Virus record (IMG/VR): IMGVR_UViG_3300029305_004950
Coordinates: 1-61,429 of that record
Origin: a virus
Taxonomy: Duplodnaviria; Heunggongvirae; Uroviricota; Caudoviricetes
Strand: one strand, 5' to 3'
Length of the DNA stretch: 61,429 nt
Below are positions 29,393 to 39,269 of the stretch, piece by piece (positions within the stretch are counted from its first letter, which is position 1; every line of letters begins with the position of its first letter). The translations under genes were made by a program, and so were the position numbers. The notes under the pieces are model-generated. The model worked only from the letters and a program-made list of their open reading frames with translations, did not search any database and was not told where the DNA came from.

Positions 29393-31324
29393 ATGGCTGA
29401 TATTGCTAATAGCACTTTCGTACAAAAGTATAAGCGAGATATGTTAGCTACTTTAACAAAACTAAAACCAGATACACCAATAGAAGAATTAGAAGCTTTA
29501 ATTGATGAACAAATAACAAATAATGAAAAACTAAACTCAGATGAGAATAACATAAAACTAGTTAACAACTATGAAAAAGTTGAGAATGAATGTACTCTAC
29601 TAGATATCTTAGATTTTTATGAGAATAAAAATCCTATTATGACTGGTTATGGAGTTATGTTCAAGCAGCATGAAAAAGCAATTAACTTAAATGCTGACTT
29701 TGTTAGTTGGTTGATGTCTGAACGTAAAGTAGCGAAGAAAGCACAGTTTGCAGCATTAAATGAGGGTGATATAGCGAGAGAATCATTCTATGAAATGATG
29801 CAGAAGACTTTTAAACTACTGAATAACTCGTACTATGGAGCCACGGGTGAGAAAAATAGTCAGTTCTATAATCCAGTGATACCCGCCTCGGTAACTTATA
29901 CTGGCTATGCTATTATTACTACTTCAATTCTAGCATTTGAATCTTTCTTAAGTAATAACGTTCATTATGACAATTTCAATGATCTATGTATTTACATTAA
30001 CAATTGTCTAGAGAATACAAATAAGAATATGAAAATTCTAAAGTATCTAGATAGTGATAAAGTAAAAAAGAAGCAGGATTTATTGAATAAACTAATGGAG
30101 GTTATTGATGTTCCATTAAGTAAAGATGAAAAATCTGCATTGAAAAATCTGATTAATGGATTAGATAGAGAGTCTGTAAATCGTGTTTACTATAAGAATA
30201 ACATCTATGAATTTTTAGAAAATGAAAAAGTTAAGTGTTATCTAGAGAATATTTTACAGTATGAGATTATTGATCCGAATGAGATTAATGATGACACTAA
30301 GAAAAATCTAGATAATCTATGGGACTTGCTAGAAGAATTTGTAGTATATGACTATCAGTATTGGAATAGAGCTGAAAGAGCTTTCAATATGGAAAGAAGT
30401 ACTATTCTGACAGTGGATACTGACTCTAATTTCCTTAATTTGGATCCATATGTAAAATGGGTACACAAGACTATACAGTTACCAGATTCAGATAAGTTAA
30501 TGTACAGTATTCCTAACTCAGCAATTCTATTCCTAGCTAAATTCATTCAGAAAGAATTGAATAGACTTACCGCTAACTGTAATGTAACTGAAGTTAAGCA
30601 GCCAATTATCAATATGAAGAGCGAATTCTTGTACTCCCGACTCATGCTTACACGAAACAAGAAGCAGTACGCAGGACAGTTAGAACTACAAGAAGGTAAT
30701 ATCAAACGTAAGATTGACATGAAAGGTATGTCGATTAAGAAAGCAAATGTCAATAACAGAACTAGAAAAGTATTTACTGATCTAATTGAGAAAAAGATTC
30801 TTAATGCAAAAGAAATCAATATCGCTGAAATTCTAGGTATCTTTAAAGCATTTGAAGATGAGATTAGAACTTCTCTACAGAATGGTGAGATTACTTTCTT
30901 AACTCCTGGTAAGTGTAATGATTTCGATTCTTATAAGAACGTATATCAAGTAGCAAGTGCTAGAGGAAGTATAATTTGGAATAAACTAAATCCAGATAAT
31001 ACAATTCAAACACCTGCAAAGGTAAATCTACTAAAACTATCTATCAACGATATTTCTGATTTAGAACCTATTTATGAAACAGAGATGTTTAATACAATTC
31101 AGACAGAAATTTTTGGTGATGAAAAGTTAGCTCATTATGGAATGACTGCTATTTGTATGCCTAAGTCTGTAACTAAGATTCCAGATTGGTTGATCCCATT
31201 TATCAACTATGAAGATATCATTGATGATAACATTCGTGTTGGTAATCTACTATTAGAGAGTTTAGGTATTAAGCTGATGCAGTATAACAACAAAGAGTAT
31301 TATTCAACTTTTGTTAGTTTCTAA
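29393..31324 (+). CDS. family B DNA polymerase, polymerase-domain subunit of a split enzyme
   Basis: KLLNNSYYG (motif B), VDTDS (motif C), KKQYAG; no exonuclease or motif A part visible; start taken at ATG 29393. Confidence 0.85.
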   Translation: MADIANSTFVQKYKRDMLATLTKLKPDTPIEELEALIDEQITNNEKLNSDENNIKLVNNYEKVENECTLLDILDFYENKNPIMTGYGVMFKQHEKAINLNADFVSWLMSERKVAKKAQFAALNEGDIARESFYEMMQKTFKLLNNSYYGATGEKNSQFYNPVIPASVTYTGYAIITTSILAFESFLSNNVHYDNFNDLCIYINNCLENTNKNMKILKYLDSDKVKKKQDLLNKLMEVIDVPLSKDEKSALKNLINGLDRESVNRVYYKNNIYEFLENEKVKCYLENILQYEIIDPNEINDDTKKNLDNLWDLLEEFVVYDYQYWNRAERAFNMERSTILTVDTDSNFLNLDPYVKWVHKTIQLPDSDKLMYSIPNSAILFLAKFIQKELNRLTANCNVTEVKQPIINMKSEFLYSRLMLTRNKKQYAGQLELQEGNIKRKIDMKGMSIKKANVNNRTRKVFTDLIEKKILNAKEINIAEILGIFKAFEDEIRTSLQNGEITFLTPGKCNDFDSYKNVYQVASARGSIIWNKLNPDNTIQTPAKVNLLKLSINDISDLEPIYETEMFNTIQTEIFGDEKLAHYGMTAICMPKSVTKIPDWLIPFINYEDIIDDNIRVGNLLLESLGIKLMQYNNKEYYSTFVSF

Positions 31325-31429
31325 AATGTTAAAACAGTTTCTAAACATATATAATACATTTAGAAACTGTTTTAATAATTCTTTATAAAAAACAGTTAAA
31401 AAACCAAAATCACAAGGAGGACAAAAACA

Positions 31430-32269
31430 ATGGCAGTAACTAGAGGTAGTAATAACAACAATAGAAACAATAATGATAGAGAAAAAGTAACATATGCTTG
31501 GGGTAATAGTGGTCCTAACTACTGGCAGAAGGAAAATGGTACTGTCCTACAGTCTTCTCTAAGAAAGGCAGAAAAGTCTAACAACTATGAACTAATTCTA
31601 AAGATTCAGCTTCTAGATGACGAAGGTAAGTTCATGAAGAATGAAGAAGGTAACTATGCAAATGGTTATTTTAACTTCTCTGCTAATGAAATTGCTAGAG
31701 TAAGATTTCAGCTAGAACAGATGTTCCCTGCTGAAGATATGGATACTGGCAGTATTGGTGGTATTATCATCAATCATATTTCTTCTCAGACTAACAATGG
31801 TTCTCAGTTTGAAATTGTTGCTGAAGAAGAAGGTGTATTTGTTTACATTTCCTATGTTCAGAATGGAGAAATTGTTGATGAGTATAAGCATCTTCTGTCT
31901 AATGATCAGACTCTAAGATACTATAATGCTGAAGGTGAAGAAGCTGAAGAAAATGTCAACATGGACATTGTTTGTATGAAGCAGCTGTTTGAAAGTGCTT
32001 ATGCTCTAGTATCTGGTCTAGTTGATTCCGCATTTGAAGCAAATGGTTTTAGTATCAATGGTAGAACTGAATCTAAGTCTGGTGGTAAGGTCACTGGTGG
32101 TCTAAATCGTAAGGTACGTAGTACTCTTGGTGCTAAGAGAGCTGAGACTATTTCTGAGGATGATGAAGAGGAAGCTACTCCTAAGAAGACTACTAAGAGA
32201 GCATCTTCTAATCTAACTAAGGCATCTAATATGAAAGCATTACTGGAAGATGATGAGGAGGATGAATAA
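31430..32269 (+). CDS. putative single-stranded DNA-binding protein
   Basis: Follows the DNA polymerase; high-expression codon usage; acidic tail LLEDDEEDE. Confidence 0.45.
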   Translation: MAVTRGSNNNNRNNNDREKVTYAWGNSGPNYWQKENGTVLQSSLRKAEKSNNYELILKIQLLDDEGKFMKNEEGNYANGYFNFSANEIARVRFQLEQMFPAEDMDTGSIGGIIINHISSQTNNGSQFEIVAEEEGVFVYISYVQNGEIVDEYKHLLSNDQTLRYYNAEGEEAEENVNMDIVCMKQLFESAYALVSGLVDSAFEANGFSINGRTESKSGGKVTGGLNRKVRSTLGAKRAETISEDDEEEATPKKTTKRASSNLTKASNMKALLEDDEEDE

Positions 32270-32384
32270 GAACTTCCTTTCTTTTTCAGTAGTGAAGACA
32301 ATCCTTATTAAAGAATAAATATATAAAGGACTATTTGTATTCAACAAATAGTCCTTTATTTTTTATATAAAGAAGGTATAAAGA

Positions 32385-33116
32385 ATGATTTTTAATGATA
32401 GAGAAATTAAACCCTATAAAATAATTGAAACTCCACAAGAAGTTGCAAATAGAACTGGTAAAGAACCTAAAGTATTAGTAACTGATTTTGATGATACGTT
32501 AGCTTTGTCAACATCTAGACAAATAAGATTAATACTAGATTCTAAGAATATTGAAACATATTCTAAGTATCTAGATTTACGTCAATTTTCTGATCGTTTC
32601 TTACTTGATAGAACTGAGTACTATACTTGTAATTGGTTAAAACGAAAAGATGTAGAAAAAGTTCCTGAAGAAATTATTCATGAAGTTACTGATTTCTTCA
32701 ATGTTCCAAATTTTTACGATGATGTAAAACCTACTAAGTTTGCAACTGCATTAAAGAGTTATCTAATGCAAGATTACTGTGATAAGATTTATATTGTATC
32801 ACATTGTTTATCAGAAACAGCTATTAATGGTAAGCTAAAATGGATTGCAGATTTTTATAAAGATTGTAGTCCAGAAAAGATAGAATTTATTCCTACGGAT
32901 GATACGAGAAAGTCTATTCCTATTAATGATTTAGGAATCAAATGGGATATCTTTGCTGATGATAGATTAGAGTGCATTTATGATATGGTACTTTACGCTC
33001 AAGGTTTTGGAAATGAAATTCTAATTCCTAGGTGTGGTTATAACAGACCTAATGAAAGATTTACCAATATGGTAGAAAAGTTTAATCTACAGACTTTTTA
33101 TATGGATATTCTATAA
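32385..33116 (+). CDS. HAD-superfamily 5'(3')-deoxyribonucleotidase-like phosphatase
   Basis: Motif I TDFDDTL, IVS, K-x-x-W, FADD motif IV, P-x-x-GYN. Confidence 0.7.
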   Translation: MIFNDREIKPYKIIETPQEVANRTGKEPKVLVTDFDDTLALSTSRQIRLILDSKNIETYSKYLDLRQFSDRFLLDRTEYYTCNWLKRKDVEKVPEEIIHEVTDFFNVPNFYDDVKPTKFATALKSYLMQDYCDKIYIVSHCLSETAINGKLKWIADFYKDCSPEKIEFIPTDDTRKSIPINDLGIKWDIFADDRLECIYDMVLYAQGFGNEILIPRCGYNRPNERFTNMVEKFNLQTFYMDIL

Positions 33117-33181
33117 AAACTAATAAAGATGATAGAGTAACTTAGCTCTATCATCTTTTTTTGTCAATTTTTATAAGCTAA

Positions 33182-33193
33182 AACAATCCATTA
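33182..33193 (+). promoter_or_regulatory. late promoter motif AACA-N6-TA (representative of 17 intergenic copies)
   Basis: AACAATCCATTA; other copies listed in findings. Confidence 0.65.
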
Positions 33194-33219
33194 TAAAAAA
33201 CATCATAAAAGAAAGGAGG

Positions 33220-34590
33220 ATGTTTTCTTTGAAGATAGATATTTGTAATCTTGAAAAATTCATAAAAGTAAACAATCTTCAAGAAGTAACTAATCCTATT
33301 AGATTTGACCAAGGTTGGTATCCTACCGATGATGGTTTACTATCATATAAGATTTTCGGACAAGTTGGCTCATATGATAGAAAGACTATTTTTGGTTATA
33401 TCGATTTAAAAGGACATTTTTTACATCCTTTATTCTATCAACGTTTATCTAAGATGAATCGAAATTTCATTAGAGTTATAGATGGTTCTGGGTATTTTTC
33501 TATCAATGAAAAAGGTGAACTAGTTGCTGATAATGAGAATGGTAATACTGGTATTGACTGGTTATATGACAATTTCAAGAAATTGAAATTCAAAAAGTCT
33601 GGTAGTGGTGAACGTGATAGAACTATAGACTTGCTTAACACAATGGATATAGATGAGATATTTGTTAAGTATTGGCTTGTAATTCCGGCATATCTAAGAG
33701 ATTCCAATATACAAAAACTAGATCATGGTAAAGTTTCTGAAGATGAGATTAACAAAATGTATGCTAATCTAATTTCTTTAGCTAGTTCTAATAGTGATTT
33801 TGATTTTATGGGTCATGTGACAGAATCAAGACTTCAAAAGCAGTTAGTTGAAATCTATGACTATCTAACTAGCTACATTAAAGGCAAGACTGGATTACTT
33901 AAGAATCACTTACTCGGAAAGACTGTAGACTACTCAACTCGCGGAGTTATATCAGCTGGTCGAGTCAATTCTAACAAACCTGCAGATCAGCTAGTAAAGT
34001 TCACATATACTGGTATTCCTCTATCACATCTATGCAACCTATTCTATCCTTTCTTCCAATATGAGATAGATAACTATATGAGAGAAACATTTGCTTCTGT
34101 AAATAGTATAAAAGCTAATGATGGTAATTACTATGATCTAGTAAATCCAATGTCAAAATTTACTACTGAAAAGATTAAGGGACTATTAAATCTCTACATT
34201 AAATCTCCTGATAATAGATTGGATCCTATAATGGTTCCTATTAGAACAGAAGAAGGAACTGTTAGAGAAATACCTTTAAATCTATTCCAAGATGATTTAA
34301 GAAGAAGATTTACTCTTTTGGATTTAATCTATATAGTTGCAGTTAGAGTATGTCATGATAAACATGTCTATGTAACTCGTTTCCCAATTGAAAATTACCA
34401 AAGTATTTATCCTAGTAGAATCAAGATAATGACTACTTATAAAACTCAACAGATAACAATTGGTAGTAAGTATTATGATGAATATCCTGTAATTACAAAG
34501 GATGTCGATAGTCCTTATATAGATGAAAATCCTAACTATATTGATACCATTATTCCTCATAATACAATGTTGGAAGCCTTGGGAGCGGAT
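33220..34590 (+). CDS. RNA polymerase beta'-like subunit, N-terminal/catalytic part (probably virion RNAP), exon 1
   Basis: DGLLSYKIFG, GYIDL, LLGKTVDYSTRGVI, TRFP, ends EALGAD; late promoter at 33182-33193. Confidence 0.88.
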
Positions 34591-34791
34591 TAACTATCAA
34601 AGTTCGCTATAAAATTCTTTAAATGCTGGAAAAAACCAATTATGGAAAATCAGCAGCTAGTATTAAATGCTAGTTCAACGACTAATTGCACTATATGTAT
34701 GGTGAAAATAAGAATGTAAAAGATATAGTCTCGTCTTTGTATTGAAATACAGAGTATTCTAGATTTAACAAATCTAGATTTAAGAAAATTG
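34591..34791 (+). ncRNA. ORF-less group I intron (201 nt) in the RNAP catalytic motif
   Basis: P1 GCGGAU/GUUCGC with U.G pair; P AAAUGCUGGAAA, Q AAUCAGCAGC, R GUUCAACGACUA, S AAGAUAUAGUCU; terminal G; splice restores GAD-FDGD. Confidence 0.92.
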
Positions 34792-34959
34792 TTTGATGGT
34801 GACACAGTTTCATTAAGATCTGTTTATTCACAAGAAGCTAATTTGGAATGTGAAAAACTAATCAATTCTTCTAAGTACTTACTAGACGTTACTGGTAAGA
34901 ATACTAGAGTTTTACGTAATGAAGGAATACAAACATTATATACACTTACTAGAGAATAA
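34792..34959 (+). CDS. RNA polymerase beta'-like subunit, exon 2 (spliced product 512 aa)
   Basis: FDGDTVSLRSVYSQEANLEC...TLTRE*. Confidence 0.88.
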   Translation, partial: FDGDTVSLRSVYSQEANLECEKLINSSKYLLDVTGKNTRVLRNEGIQTLYTLTRE

Positions 34960-34994
34960 ATGTATTAATCCACTTTATATCTATATATTCTAAA

Positions 34995-35361
34995 CTTGAA
35001 AGAGTAATAGAAAGAACTAAAAATATAATCTGTCTATATTCTGTTATTTCTTTCAGGGGGAGAATGTATTAAGATACAGATTTACCAAATTCTTACTAGT
35101 GTTAGTAAGAAGATAAAGAGAAAGATGCGTTAGAGGAGACGTATCTTTCTCTTTATTATAACTCTAATGACCTTACAATAAGGAAGGACGGAAAAGTTTA
35201 ATGACTGGAAAGAACACTACCTTATTTGTAAAACGAAAGAGGAGATACAAAATGATTACTAAGGATTATAATTCTATCACATCAATTAACAACAACAAAA
35301 ATAACAAACCCTAGCGAACCTTAAATAGATTTAGAGAAGAGGTTAACCCTCTTCTCTTTTT
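34995..35361 (+). ncRNA. putative structured non-coding RNA or leader (unclassified)
   Basis: Own early-type promoter (34982-34992), four long hairpins with G.U pairs, intrinsic terminator at 35332-35361. Confidence 0.45.
35252..35314 (+). CDS. possible 20-aa peptide MITKDYNSITSINNNKNNKP
   Basis: Strong GAGGAG Shine-Dalgarno 7 nt upstream; lies inside the structured transcript. Confidence 0.3.
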   Translation: MITKDYNSITSINNNKNNKP

Positions 35362-35446
35362 ATACTTTATACCAAAAAGTATAAGATTTTAACAATTCAA
35401 TAATTTTTTTTTATAAAATCCTATAAAAAGGAGGTATAATTCAGAT

Positions 35447-36238
35447 ATGAGTGAAGAAACTAAGGTAGAACAACAATCATCTTTATACAAACAAGATCTT
35501 TTTAAAGATGATATGGAATTGATAAATGAAGAATTAAATAATCTAGATGAGTTATATAATGAATTAAAAACTCATTTTGATGGAGTTAAGAATTCTCAAT
35601 CTAGAGGTAGTTTATCATTCATAAAAGATCAAACTAGTAACTTAATTTCTATAAAGACAACAAAACTTAATTACATTAAACAACGTGCTGACTTAAAGAA
35701 AAACATTACTGACTTTGCATTTAAAGAAAGATCTCTTTCTGTTAAGCAAGAGTCTTCTGATGTTGATACTATTACAGCTGAAATCGTTAAGAAACTTACT
35801 TCTGAGTTTAAGTACGTTTCAGATCAAAATGATCAATCTAATAATGAAGAAAACGATATCGATCAGATTCTAGATAATGAGCTAGATGATGAAGATATTG
35901 GTACTATTGTTGAAAATAGTACTAGTATAGAAACTATAAATGTAGATATTGAATATAGAAATGAAACTACTCCAATACAAGAAACAATTGATGAAGATAT
36001 TGATATACAAACAAACTTAGATGAAAATACTGAAGAAATAGAAGATAATACTATAGACGCAGTAGATTTAGATACTGGATTATTTTATAGATTAGATAAA
36101 GATTCATTTGAAATTGTAGAAGAATTAGGTTTCATTGAGAAAATAGTAGATGATACTGAAATTGATGATGAATCTTATGCAATAGGTGAAAGTGGTACTA
36201 TCTACTTAGCTATTACATTAGACGATGAAGATGAATAA
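35447..36238 (+). CDS. acidic hypothetical protein (late)
   Basis: AACA-N6-TA at 35391-35402; AGGAGG Shine-Dalgarno. Confidence 0.6.
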   Translation: MSEETKVEQQSSLYKQDLFKDDMELINEELNNLDELYNELKTHFDGVKNSQSRGSLSFIKDQTSNLISIKTTKLNYIKQRADLKKNITDFAFKERSLSVKQESSDVDTITAEIVKKLTSEFKYVSDQNDQSNNEENDIDQILDNELDDEDIGTIVENSTSIETINVDIEYRNETTPIQETIDEDIDIQTNLDENTEEIEDNTIDAVDLDTGLFYRLDKDSFEIVEELGFIEKIVDDTEIDDESYAIGESGTIYLAITLDDEDE

Positions 36239-36281
36239 AAAGAATTAGGATTAAGACTTTAATAAGTCTTAATCCTAATTT

Positions 36282-36761
36282 TTAAATCATTCTATGTTTT
36301 CTTAGTATAGATATAGTTTTGTTTATATGGTTGTCATCATAACGAATTCTATAAAGAGTTATATTGTGATCTCTACAGTACTGTTCCTTTATAGTATCAT
36401 TATGTTTAGTTCTATTATAATTTTCCATTTTTTGCTCTTCATTTAAACCAAAACAAGGTTCATAATGTTGTTTACCATCATATTCGATTAAGAAAAATCT
36501 ATTCTTTGTATAAATACAAAAATCGAATGGTAAACAACGTATATTTTTACAATCTGGAAATACTTTTTCTATATCATATTCGATTTCATATGTATCTAAA
36601 ACTTCCATAATATCTTTAACAGGTTGTGATAATCTAGGATTAGCTCTTTTTGGTAAAAACTCATTTAATACAGAATTTACAATAAAAAGATCTTCATGTA
36701 CAATTCTAGAAATCTTATTTACCTTATCTATGAACTTAGATGCTTTTTCTAGGAATCCCAT
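36282..36761 (-). CDS. free-standing Vsr/DUF559-like endonuclease
   Basis: LPFDF...IEYDGKQHY...LYRIRY, homologous to the C-terminal domain of the intron 1 endonuclease. Confidence 0.7.
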   Translation of the reverse strand: MGFLEKASKFIDKVNKISRIVHEDLFIVNSVLNEFLPKRANPRLSQPVKDIMEVLDTYEIEYDIEKVFPDCKNIRCLPFDFCIYTKNRFFLIEYDGKQHYEPCFGLNEEQKMENYNRTKHNDTIKEQYCRDHNITLYRIRYDDNHINKTISILRKHRMI

Positions 36762-36894
36762 AGTAATTTCAACTCCTTAGATTTTTTAAAAACTTGTTTT
36801 TTATACTTTTTCCATAAAAAATAATGAAAAATTCAAATATATATTCTAGTTTTAGTAAAAACTATACTAAAACTTTTATAAAGGAGAATTTACT

Positions 36895-37095
36895 ATGGAG
36901 AACAAAGTGTATAGTTACGATGGACCAGTTTTTCATTTTGAAAGAGCAATTACTAATCGATGGACAGGGTATACATCAGCACCTACTGAAAGAAAAGCAT
37001 TAGCAAATCTTTCATTTAAAGCAAAAACTAAATTTGGATACGATAAGGGAGCTAAGATTACATTGGATTCAAAGTTTCTAAAACTAGAACCTTAA
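36895..37095 (+). CDS. hypothetical protein
   Basis: 66 aa; AAGGAG Shine-Dalgarno; early-type promoter at about 36836-36848. Confidence 0.6.
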   Translation: MENKVYSYDGPVFHFERAITNRWTGYTSAPTERKALANLSFKAKTKFGYDKGAKITLDSKFLKLEP

Positions 37096-37114
37096 AGAGA
37101 AAGGTTGATGGAAA

Positions 37115-38599
37115 ATGACAAAATATTATGATATTGATGATCTTGATCCAAGTGTTTATAAAAAATTTTTAGATAAGTATTATTATGGTGAAGAAGCAAG
37201 ATTAGATTTTGTTAATAGATATAAGAATGAAGATTCATTAAGAAAAAAGATAAATTTAGATGCTCTTAGAAATTATAAACCTTATATTATTGAAAAGGAC
37301 AATGAAACTGGTGAAGAAAAAACCTTAAATTGTATGCAATATAATCTTTCAGACTTGTTAAAGTTTTCTGTAAGATATGAGATGTTTGGAATTAAAAGAA
37401 AAATTTCGTATGGTGAAATTATAATGAATCTTCCCATCATCAATATTTCAGAATTATTAAGTTGTATTGAAAATTCATCTTTAACAGAACTTTTTATAGA
37501 CACATTTAGAATTGATGAATATTACTCAACTGAGCTATCAGATCTTTTACTATTTAATATCAATAGTAAGTTAATTGAAAGATATGCACATAATCTTGAT
37601 TGGAACGTTATTATAAAGAATAACACAGCGATTAGTCTTGAAGATATAAAAAAGTATTATGTGTTTATTCGTAGATGTAAAAATTTCTATACTAATGAAT
37701 TTAGAAATTTTGATGATGATGCTTTAATAAAATTTTTAATTGAAGAAGAAAGTAAAGAAATAGATATTGATAGTCATTTCTGTCTTAGTTTTAAAATGAA
37801 ATTAGAAGATATCTTATCTAATCATAAACTTTCAGAAAAGACTTTACAAACTCTAATTGATTCAATTAAAAAGAATAAGGTTTTTAAAGAAAAAGCCAAT
37901 TTTTTACTAGATACTACTATTGACAAGATTTTTGAAACACAAGACTATACAGAAAATTTTATTCTAAAGAATAAAACAAAGTTTAAAAAGTTTACTAATG
38001 ATTTTTGTTGTACGGCTAACTTTAGTGAAGAATTTATAAGAGAAAATGCTGATAATAAACATTTTATAAATTGGATTTGTTTATCTATGAATCCACATCT
38101 TTATTGTGGAGAATATTCTTTAGATTTTTATAAAGATTTTTCTGATAGAATAGATTGGGATAGTTTTGATCTTTCAATTTTTCGTAAGATTATTAGAAGC
38201 AATAAAAACTATAAAGAGTATTTCTATACAATTAAAGAATTTATATCAAAAAAGAGTAGAATAACAGATTTCTTAAAAGACAATGAAAATAGTTTTACAA
38301 TTAATGAACTAGTACAACATTTCAAAGAAGAAATTTTAGCAGATAGAATTAAATCTTATTGGTGTTTAAATAAGCGTTATGTATATGCTCTTTATAAGCT
38401 AAATCATCCAAATTTTTCAATGTTAAAGTTCCTTGAAGAAAGAAATTTCAATAAAGAAACAGTCAAAACATATAAGAAAGCTATTTTTGAAGCTATGCTT
38501 AATAACGAGCTAAGTGGTCTTAAAGAAGAAAAGCTTAATAAACTAAATCAATACTTAGATGAAATAAGACAAGAAGGGAGTTCTAAAAATAATGGATGA
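37115..38599 (+). CDS. large Trp-repeat-containing protein
   Basis: LIERYAHNLDW, FSEEFIRE...INW, FSDRIDW repeats related to family A. Confidence 0.6.
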   Translation: MTKYYDIDDLDPSVYKKFLDKYYYGEEARLDFVNRYKNEDSLRKKINLDALRNYKPYIIEKDNETGEEKTLNCMQYNLSDLLKFSVRYEMFGIKRKISYGEIIMNLPIINISELLSCIENSSLTELFIDTFRIDEYYSTELSDLLLFNINSKLIERYAHNLDWNVIIKNNTAISLEDIKKYYVFIRRCKNFYTNEFRNFDDDALIKFLIEEESKEIDIDSHFCLSFKMKLEDILSNHKLSEKTLQTLIDSIKKNKVFKEKANFLLDTTIDKIFETQDYTENFILKNKTKFKKFTNDFCCTANFSEEFIRENADNKHFINWICLSMNPHLYCGEYSLDFYKDFSDRIDWDSFDLSIFRKIIRSNKNYKEYFYTIKEFISKKSRITDFLKDNENSFTINELVQHFKEEILADRIKSYWCLNKRYVYALYKLNHPNFSMLKFLEERNFNKETVKTYKKAIFEAMLNNELSGLKEEKLNKLNQYLDEIRQEGSSKNNG

Positions 38600-39227
38600 A
38601 GAATTGAAGGATAAACTAGACCAACTGAATGAAGAGTTTCAAAATGAAAAAGAAATTTTTGAGGGTAATAGACCTGTAGAAAATGGTGACTCAGTAATCT
38701 TTACTACTGATTTAAGAAATGAAGTTCTTTTAGGAAAATATGCAGCTGATTTTGACTGTGTTATCGCACAGGACGGTATTCCTTATAAACTAAGTCATGT
38801 AACTAATTGGTTTGTAATCCCTTTCAATTACATTCAGGAGAAATTGGATACTGAAGCTCTTAATGGTAGATATGAAGAACTGTGTAGTATCAATTCTGTG
38901 GAATACAAAAAGATTCAAATTGAGGACTATATTGAAGAAAATGTAGATTCAGTTATTGATTCTTTAGATGAAGATACAAAGTTCTTAGTCAATCTATTCA
39001 CTAGAAATGTTAGAAATGAAAAGATTGATTTTGAAAACTATAGGTTTATGATTGATGTTTTATTGAATAGGGATTACATTGAATGCAATGAAAATATTGA
39101 TCTAAGAAATCTAAAGACTATTTGCTATAACATGTATTCTATCATGAATAAGATTTCTAAGGAAACATATGATAAGATCTATGATATGTTAGCTAGTTGT
39201 GCTTCTGGTACTGGTGAAGCTATCTAA
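38592..39227 (+). CDS. hypothetical protein
   Basis: 211-aa ORF coupled to the upstream gene; terminator at 39231-39271. Confidence 0.6.
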   Translation: MDEELKDKLDQLNEEFQNEKEIFEGNRPVENGDSVIFTTDLRNEVLLGKYAADFDCVIAQDGIPYKLSHVTNWFVIPFNYIQEKLDTEALNGRYEELCSINSVEYKKIQIEDYIEENVDSVIDSLDEDTKFLVNLFTRNVRNEKIDFENYRFMIDVLLNRDYIECNENIDLRNLKTICYNMYSIMNKISKETYDKIYDMLASCASGTGEAI

Positions 39228-39269
39228 AGTAAAAGAGATATGGTTTGTTTAACCATATCTCTTTTTTTT

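Noticed and set aside
35055-35330. tmRNA (GGGGG start and Asn-rich short reading frame)
   Set aside because: No T-arm or acceptor-stem 3' end and no ALAA-type tag; the short ORF has its own Shine-Dalgarno and ATG
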